Positions 36,950-45,585 of a DNA stretch of 45,585 bases are shown here, in pieces. The notes under the pieces are model-generated. The model saw nothing but the letters and a program-made list of their open reading frames with translations, searched no databases and was not told the origin of the DNA. Both the position numbers and the translations under genes were made by a program. This DNA comes from Acanthaster planci (Eukaryota), in assembly GCF_001949145.1 (NCBI RefSeq), contig NW_019091360.1, forward strand, positions 1,039,858 to 1,085,442, in the 5' to 3' direction. Numbering within the stretch: position 1 is the stretch's first letter; the number at the start of each line of letters is the position of its first letter.

Positions 36950-37355
36950 CTTACTTCTGACCTGTCCCCTTGATGAAGGAAGACAGCTTCAAATGGGAAC
37001 ACTTCCTGCCAGGTTGGATAGTTCTTGTCACTGTGCCGTCTGGGACTTGACGGCTGAGAACGAGCCATATGGTTGGGTGTTGTTGTTCTGTCTTCCTTGT
37101 GTTGTACATGTCCTTTGTGGTAGGACGATGTGTAAGTGGCATACCACATGTTGGTTTGGAATTATCCAGGGGGCTTTTTGAAAATCATTTAGTGGAGCAC
37201 GTCTCCCACCCTGGACTTGGAGACAGGCAAGAAGCCTCATTGCATCTTTGATTTCGTTGCTTGCTGGGTGCCTCAGCCGTTTGTTCTTCCTTCTTTTCTG
37301 AGTAGCAGAATTGCACTAAAATATCAGTGTTTTGGACTGTGAATGCTGGGATACC
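36950..37355 (-). mobile_element. Heavily decayed Penelope-like retroelement fragment (GIY-YIG endonuclease region)
   Basis: Ordered, frameshifted minus-strand motifs IPAF..NTDILVQ, GFLPVSKSR/WETC, TKDMYNTRKTEQ, SAVKS and QPGRKCSHLKLS resemble the PLE pattern (AF..PKNL.DILV, GF.PC...RC.TC, Y.G.T, HF..PGH). Judged by eye. Confidence 0.45.
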
Positions 37356-40300
37356 TGATAATGCCCAGCTACATATGGCGGTTCCCCTTTTCTTATTGCC
37401 CCCCACAAAACCTTTGCAGATTCCAGCACAATCTCTCTGAAAAGAACGCTTATTTTACAGAAATGAGTTTACCAGTCGCCTATGAAAGTTGCTGAACAAA
37501 TTGCATCTAGGTAATACTTTGCATTGAGTCTGGTTAAGTTGCTTCCATATCCCATCATGTTGTGGTGAATAGCATTTTCTTGCAGTTTGCAGGGAATCAC
37601 ACGGTAAAAAAATGTTTTACCTATGATCTTTAAGGCTTTAGAAGAAATTGTTGGTTTTGTGGGTTCACCCCTAAAATTGGTATTCGATTGGTTGTGGTAA
37701 AATGTGAGAATATATCCCCCCCTTGAGGACAGTAAAATAGGAAACATTTGTTATGTCATGCAGGTTGATATATTAATTATACAGGGTAGATGTGAATCCC
37801 TGTGCTATATTGAAATGTGAAGTTAGCACCACAGTGCTGGGGGTGATGCTGTTCTAAATATAGCCTCAATATCTCCAATTTGAGAGATTAGAATAGCTTG
37901 GGTCAGCTCAATTTAGATACCCACGTGGGCATGAATAGGCATTGTGTTCCATGTGTTTGCACACTTGAGAATCAAGACCGTCAGACTACAGGGGAAAACA
38001 GGATTGGCAAGTTGTGAACGAACCAAAACAGCCTCAGAGGATTTGAGGGCTGGTGCCTATCCTGATCTATTCTGTATATGTACGTGTCTGATATGAGGTC
38101 GTGGTTCTAGTCTTCGCAAGGCATACCACTCAGTAATGTGTAGTAATGGCTTGTTGGGTGCAGTTGTCCCATTTTCTATGTTCATGGCACATTTCACCCA
38201 GGCCCTTACGTGTCTATTTGTATTCAAACTGTATTCATCTGGTTCCTGAATAGTCTGAGGCCAAGTTCAGATTTGGTTGATAAAACTTGCATAGAGTAAC
38301 CTGGCCATTGCAGGCCTGTCAAAAAACTTTGAGTACGAGGTTATTTGTGCGTTAATTCATACCCCTATGCAATTTTATTTGCAAAAACAAATGTATGAAT
38401 GAAATAGAAACTAAAGCAGTATTTAAAGAAGTAGTTTGCTCAACCTTCCTTTTCTGTCCTTATTGTGGAATGAGAACTTTCCACAGTAAGCTTTGCTTCT
38501 TGGTTACTTGGTTGGTTTTGGTAGAAAGTGATGTCACATGTGTTATGTACAAGTACCAATAGGACACAAGTCCATGTTGGAAATGGGCTTCCAGAACCAA
38601 ATCTGCCAGTACGTCTTTTTTGTCAAGCTCAAATCTTCAGGCTGGAAATGTTGGCAGTCGTCCAACTTATCCATAAGTCAGTAACAGAGGTAACTGTTAA
38701 GAAGCTGAATCAAATCCAGTCTTGATGAAGCCACCAGGCCTTACTGTTTTATTTTTAAATACTATATCCATTAATAAATGCTGATTTTTGTGTGTGGTAT
38801 GTACAGATGCTGTAGGAGTCATAAATGGGTAATACTAAAAGCTAAGCAACAAAGACATAATGGGGGAAATTAACAGTACGTGTTGAAAATTGAAACAAGA
38901 GGAATAAATGTAAGACATAAATTTAAAAAGAAATTGGATCAGCTGGAAGTCAACTTTTATCTACAAAAAGGGATTCTCTTTGATGTGAAAATGTTGCAAT
39001 CCTACTATAGTACCTCCCCCAAAGTATAATGGTACAGTCCAAACCCTAACATGGCAGCTGTTCTGAGCTCAGTGCACAGTGAGAGGATCTTGTCAGCAAA
39101 ACTATGATTTCCAGATGTTAAACTGCCCTTATTTCCAGATATTGTTTCATCCTGTGCCCATAATTATTTGGTAGTAAACTGAGAGTAGATTTTAGACTTC
39201 TATTGATGTGTAAACTGATGCGAAAGTGTGGTTATAAAGTACGACCGCACATGCACATGCATAGAGTAGGATCCTGACACGTCAAGGAAACAAGTCGAGT
39301 GAAGTAACTTTACTGTTTGGTGATTTTTTTTTGCATGAATCCACAGTGTTGCATTATCGAAGAAGCATATTACTTCGGGGTTAAATTTACTGATTACTCT
39401 TGGCTGTGGAAAAATCCTTTTTTTTCTAAAGGGCAAGAGCACCAGTCACTCCTGTTCATCTACGGATGGACTCTGTGAGTGCATGTACTGGTATGTTGTT
39501 TGCCCACCCAGAATGCCCTGCAGTTCATGGAAATTTGAGCAGGATAAGTGACAAGATCTTCAATTGGACCGTTGAAAATGCCCCTGTGTTTTCTTGATTT
39601 TGCTCAAATCATTTAAGTCAGACTCCAAATAAGTCAGCGGAATAAAAACTGCAGTTAATTTTATACTCCATAGTCAGCCAGTCTTGTAAAATCAGGAGCA
39701 GAAACCAGTTGTGTAACTTTCCTTTAATTCCAATATTGTCCCTATCTGACTGAGCTTGAGCACTTCATGATTTGTATTGGAGGCCTTGAATATCTGAGTG
39801 GGGCGTGCCTGCTGCATTGGAGTAGTTATCCTTGTCAGCTGAGCCAACTTCTGGAAGCTGTTGTTGCCTGGGTTCAAGAGCTTGACTAGAAGCTGTCAGA
39901 TTTGAGCCAAGTCACCACTGGGTGGGACTCATGAGTCATATTCCCCTGTAATTACTGAAGAGTGGGGGAAGGGGGCTTGTAGACGACACTTGGATCGAAG
40001 GCATGTCAGGCTTTAGGATTTACAGCACCCAGAGTTCTTCGTCGTTTTTTTGAAATTATGTTCATCTGTTGGGGAAATAAGAAATTTTAGAAAATCTGAA
40101 TTAGGTCATATTTCTACATAGTTTGTCAGTTGCGAATGTGAATTTTATTTCTCGTGCCAGATACATGTATGTTAGTTAATGCAGATATTGTGAGCAAAAA
40201 AGCATTTTCATAATTTAAATTTTCATAACTGTGCTTCTCTGTATCGGTGACATTTCTGTGGCATAAACCTTTTTTTCATTTTGGAATCATCCTGAATTCA

Positions 40301-43300
40301 GTTCAATCAGTCAAGTACTAGAGCAAATGAAATGGGCCACTTAGTGGATGTCAGCTCAAAATGGTAGAACCAAATGTCTGGTCAACAAAACTGCTTTTTC
40401 AAAATGCTTTGTCTGTTCTAAAGATGGCCCCATAATGTACTTCAATCACTATCAAGTCAAGGGCATAGTAAAGGCATTTTCTTTGGGGGTGTGTGCCAGA
40501 GTCAATTTGCTGACTTGTAACTTGTTCACCAACCTCGTGTCGTGTGAATTTCACCAAAAGCAGAAAGTGGAAATCTGTGGTACACTATGTTTCATGCTCA
40601 ATGGGAAATGCTGACCACCAACACATATCGTTTATGTATCAATTTTGGATTCATTTGTTGACCGAACCTCTATTTGTCAATTGGAATTAATTTGGGGGGG
40701 GTTGCCACATTCCCCCTCCCCGTCACTACGCTCCTGTATCATGTATAAATAATTTCAGAATCCTTAAATGAGCATCGTTGTTAATAGAGTTTTTGTTTGG
40801 CTTTTTTTTATCCTACATGGTCAAAAGATGTTTATTTAATTTGGTGTATTTTTATGAGAAATCACATTTATGCAGATATTAAAAGCAAAGGTTGATTTTG
40901 CACTAGCCTTTCAAGACAGTGAAAGAAATTTAACTCTTCCAGCCCAATCAAGTTTGACTAGTGTGTGTTTATACTCTAGACTGAGGAAAAATCAAAATCT
41001 TTCACAACAGCCAACGATTAAATCTCACATAACATTGTGATACATGTATATTGCTTCAGAAGAAGACGGTAGGTGCATTTTATTTCTGGTTTCCCTGTAG
41101 CTGCTAGGCCGATAAGCCTAGCCGTCAGCCAGGGATGTGTCATTGGTTGTTATCAAACATACCCAGACCCTACAAAATATGTGCCTGGCGAGTGCTGCAC
41201 GTTGGCTGGATTTAGTGAGCGGATCGCTGTCTAAATATCACTTACTGTACCATTGTCACAAGCTGCCTCACCCCCCCTTCTTTTCTTCATATCCTGCAGC
41301 GGGGGCATTCTCACATCTGTTGTTGACCTTTAATATTGTGGTGTGTTGTACCACTCGTAAATCACTCAGCTGAGCTGCCTGGATTGAACGCTCACAAATA
41401 TTTGGCATTGTGTATTGATATTTACCTGAAGATGGGCCTGCCAGCTCAATACAGGTTGACTTTTTCCCAAAATTGTTACAGCATTTGGGATTGACTTCTG
41501 TCATCAGATTCGGCGGTACCAAAGTAATTATAACCTCTACCTTTACTCAACCCCCCCCCCAAAAAAATCAGAGAATAGATGTTTTGTCAAGAAAATGGAG
41601 CCAATATAAAGTATTAGGTATATAATTGTAATTCAACATACATGTACATGTAGATAGCTGTGATTTACATCCATTGGTTAGACAATGAGAAACTAAATGC
41701 TGTATGAGATTGATGGAGGCTGTACTCTATTTATCAATTAGTGTCACTGATTGATGTTTTCACAATATGACCAATTTAATTATTTGGCGTTGGGTGATGC
41801 TGATTTGGCTCGCAATTGATATCAAATTCAGATTGCCAGTGATCTGTGTGTCAAGTTCTTCTCAGTATAGTGCACTTTTACAGAGAAATGAAAGGCGTTT
41901 TTTCATTCAGTGTCAATATCCAACGTGTGCCTGTTCAGCGTATGCGTAGAATGTACCACAAGTTTATGATATGTGTTATTTTGTCTGCTTCCTGGCTGGA
42001 GGGCATTTTAAACAAGCTATTACAATGTGAGTCCAACACCTTCTGCCAAGGGCATGATGATCTATTGAATGGCAATCCACTGATTCATTTCATAGTAATA
42101 TAAATGCTCTCCGATACTAATTAATGGTGAGGCAGTAGACTTTGTGTATACACTACTCAGAAATGTTATGGACCACTTTATATTTTGTGTATACTTTTTT
42201 TAGACGAGATGTTTTACTGCTGAAAGTGTGCATTTGAAACATTTGTTGAAATTTTATTCCAATGAGAACACCATCTGGACAAACGAAAAGTGAAAGAACT
42301 AGGCCCTACTCATTGCTCGGGAAAAAAAATGCAAGTTAAGAAGGAAGTTGTCCTTAACCTTTTTTGAGTAGTGTATCGTACTTCCACGCATACATGATGT
42401 ATGAATGTTTTTTTTTTGCATTTTGGAATTATGTTATCTGCTCTACTGCCTACAGTACCTGGTACATAAACATGAACGTGTGGATACATTCATTGCGAGT
42501 ACATATGAATTGTATTTCCGCTTGGACTTTTTGGTGGAAGCCCCCACAGAAAGTCACCACGATTCCCTGTGAACATTCCTCTGTGTGAATCTGGTGTGCA
42601 TTTTCACTTGGACTCTTTTACACCAGTGTTACGTTGATGCCTCACGTGCAGTTGGCCAGCTGGGAATGCTGCTACTGTCATGACATGATCTTCGCACGCT
42701 ACCGGTAGCCATAGTGAGCACTATACACTGCTTGAGTGGTTACGTTAGTCAATGCAAATTTCATCAGTTTCTTCTCCACTGCCGTAACTGCTTTCACTTG
42801 CACAAAACCTGATAAGTGTCTCTTTCAATTTCCATTACATCTGCATTATAGCACTCAGGGTGCAAAGGTTAAATTTAAAAGTTACACAACAAACAAAAGC
42901 AACATGTGCATTAAATACACAGAAAAGGGTCAGGAAACCATTCTTTACATAAGACATTTTTACAGTGCATTCACAGAAGTTTTTACAGCAAGATGCTACT
43001 CCCGTTGGATTAATAGACCTAAAACATACTTCTAATGACATCACACTTTGTTGACGTGCACTTTCCTGTAGGGACTTTATGAACTGCGTTCCATCTCACT
43101 GCCATAGGAAAGCGTCAGGTAAACAAAGTGAGATGTTATTATTATGTTACGGGTCTGTTAGGAGGCTCTGTAAAACCACCCAGGCTTGGCACAAATCTTT
43201 CATAACCACTATCGGCCTTTTGAATGACCATAAATAAATATTTATGCATGACATAAAATTAGCAGAGATGTCAATTTTCCTTTTGTTCAGACTGGATTTT

Positions 43301-45585
43301 ATTTCGAAGTTGTTATGCTCAGCCGTGATTTAACTAAAAAAGTCCCCTAGGAACATTTTTATAGATACATGTCTAAGGTATGTAGGCTGTATAGTAGGTA
43401 TTGTGCAGAATTAACTGTGGTACCCGTAGTTACAGGTTGAATGAATTGAGTGACTGCAGTTCAAACTCCTCTTGGATGACTTAACAACATTGCTGATAAC
43501 ACCCAGCAGGAGGGCTGTACTTGGTATGGTGGGACCATTATACTCATTGCTGTCATGTTGTCATATTTTGGTGTCTTGCTGATGGTGCATGCCTAGTCGC
43601 CCACCATAAAAACACATACTGACATCAACATGTCTAGGTCAGAACATCATATACTGGCAAACTTGTCGGTCCTGCATTAGATATAAACACTGTGGATGAA
43701 CCTTAAGTGCCTTACTTGTTCTTTGAAAGTAGAAAGAGTAAACCTAACTCTCTAGATGGTATTTATTTTAGAGGCTATTGAAGAATTTATGGTTTAAAGT
43801 GTAAAATTTGACATTGACCAGTTGAAGTTGTGCGGCTAGATTAATGGACCAGCAGAGAAGGCAGTTTTCTTTGAGTTCAGTCTGTCTTCACAGACAGTGG
43901 GGATTATCGGCGTTTCCACTCTTGTAGATTCTGGGAACACCATTACTCAAGAGTCTTGAGCAGGATGTTAGGAAAAAAAATGCATTAATATGTGGAAGTT
44001 TGTTGCTGTTCGATACTGTAGATGAATCAGCATAATTGACTGTACCGTAATAGATAGAACATGTTTATCAGGAAAGACCCATAGTAACGTTAGAAGTGCT
44101 CAGTGCCAGCAATTTCACAAAATATCTGGTCCTTCACAGGCTCTTTCCTGGACAGTAACCGAGGAATTTTCCTGAACCTTTTTGTGCAGTGGATTCTTTC
44201 TGGCAGTGTGTGGGTATGTCAGTTTGATACAACTGAAGAATGACGCTAAGTATTTGTGTCCATCAGATTTCTAAAAATGTATTGAACCAATTGAAATTGA
44301 CCCAATATGTATGTAATATAAAAGGAAATTTGGAAAATCCCTTCATATAGATAAAGGAGGACCATTATGTATCTCTTGCTCTATCAACCCCTCCCCTGAC
44401 ATTTTTGTGTAGATCCACTAAAACCAGGCAGCAGCTGTTTTCCTAGAGCCCTGCGTGTACAACTGTTCCCTTTATGCATTCTGTGGCACCTAAGGTCCAT
44501 TCATTGCCAGCATGTTGTCTGTTTAAATGACCTCTTCCTGCTAGTTGCATACATGTACTGTACATATCGTAATGGTTATATGTCAATCACTTTGATCCAC
44601 CGGTAGCAAGTCGGTGACAGGCAGTACATGTACATGCACCAGAATCTAAAATTGGATGGTTATATAGTGCATACTGGTATGCACATACATGTAGTCAGGG
44701 CAGGGAATCATTTCAGACTTTGTTGTCATTTATCTGAAACTTCTGCAGTAACCTCTCTTTGAAATAAAGCAGGACATTGTGAAAATCAGTTACTGATAGA
44801 GAGGAGATAGAAATGGTATTTTATTTGGTAAACCGTAGTGCAGAAGTGTAAACAAGGGAAGGTGGAGGGGGGAATTGCAAGGTGACAAAATGCTTGATGT
44901 CAGGCTTCAGGTTTAACTGATCATGTTTCTGGGAATGCTTGGAGGCAGGGTGGGGAGAGGAGATTTTTCAGGGGTGGGGGAGATGATGTAAAGCATTTGG
45001 TAATAAACTGGCAAGCCATTAACAGTGGAAGGGGAGTCATTGAGGCATTTTAAGCAAATTGGTGATCTTTGTCCCCTTTTCTCCCGTTTTTTTTTTCTAT
45101 CACAATTTCTCTTTTCATTTTCTTTTGTCCACTGGTTTCCTGGGGGAAGTGGAATGGGAGGAGAGGGTAGGCCAAGTTCCTCCTGCCCCCTCCCCACGAT
45201 ACCCATGCTCAAAAGTGGGAGGGGGGATAGGTACCAAACATGTTATGTGCAGCACACATCTCCAAGGATTTTGCCAATTGCCCTCCAAAATTTAATACAG
45301 TGGAAGAACTGGAAAGACACAGAATGCAGCTGTGGATTTGATGGCATTGTGCAGTGTGCTGGAGAAACAGCCCTGGCATTGTGCATTCATTTACTGGAAG
45401 TAGGCCTATACCCAGCCCTTCCTGAGAGTTTGTGGACTTTAAAGTGCAGCTGCTTTGCTGCTCCCATCCATCAAATCTCCCTATTTCCCAATGATTCCTG
45501 GTATACAGACTAAATTACAATTCGATTTCACCTCGATGTGGCATATTCCGCCGAGAAAAATAACGTCGAAAACCGACCCTTCCAT

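Larger units (their letters stand above)
8634..45585 (+). other. Very long intron of the UBE2E-like gene (runs off the window)
   Basis: Donor at 8634; no AGPxGDNxYEW-type exon found by eye downstream; CpG-depleted like a methylated gene body. Confidence 0.7.

Noticed and set aside
32496..45513. Longest remaining ORFs (158, 135 and 162 aa)
   Set aside because: Cys/His/Phe-rich compositions typical of random AT-rich, CATG-rich DNA; no recognisable domains.

Overview
Eukaryotic (animal) genomic DNA, probably from an invertebrate with mosaic gene-body methylation; the taxon is inferred, not shown. The only protein-coding gene I can support is the 5' part of a divergent UBE2E-class ubiquitin-conjugating enzyme on the + strand. 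Its ATG exon (CDS 7881-8080) is joined by a 502-nt phase-2 GT-AG intron to a 51-nt exon (8583-8633), giving ...STKR|IQKELREIMSDPPPNCS. An intron of at least 37 kb follows, and I did not find the next exon (expected SAGPxGDN...) by eye. The rest is non-coding and holds tRNA-derived SINEs, several MITE/foldback families, a probable Penelope-like fossil and short tandem repeats. The most unusual signal is a dense set of TA-bounded micro-palindromes (TACATGTA, TAGGCCTA, TACCGGTA, TACAGTA/TACTGTA), often chained into mixed arrays. In one case such a unit sits in only one arm of a palindrome. This is what repeated Tc1/mariner insertion-excision footprints would look like. Nearly all ORFs in the supplied track appear spurious.
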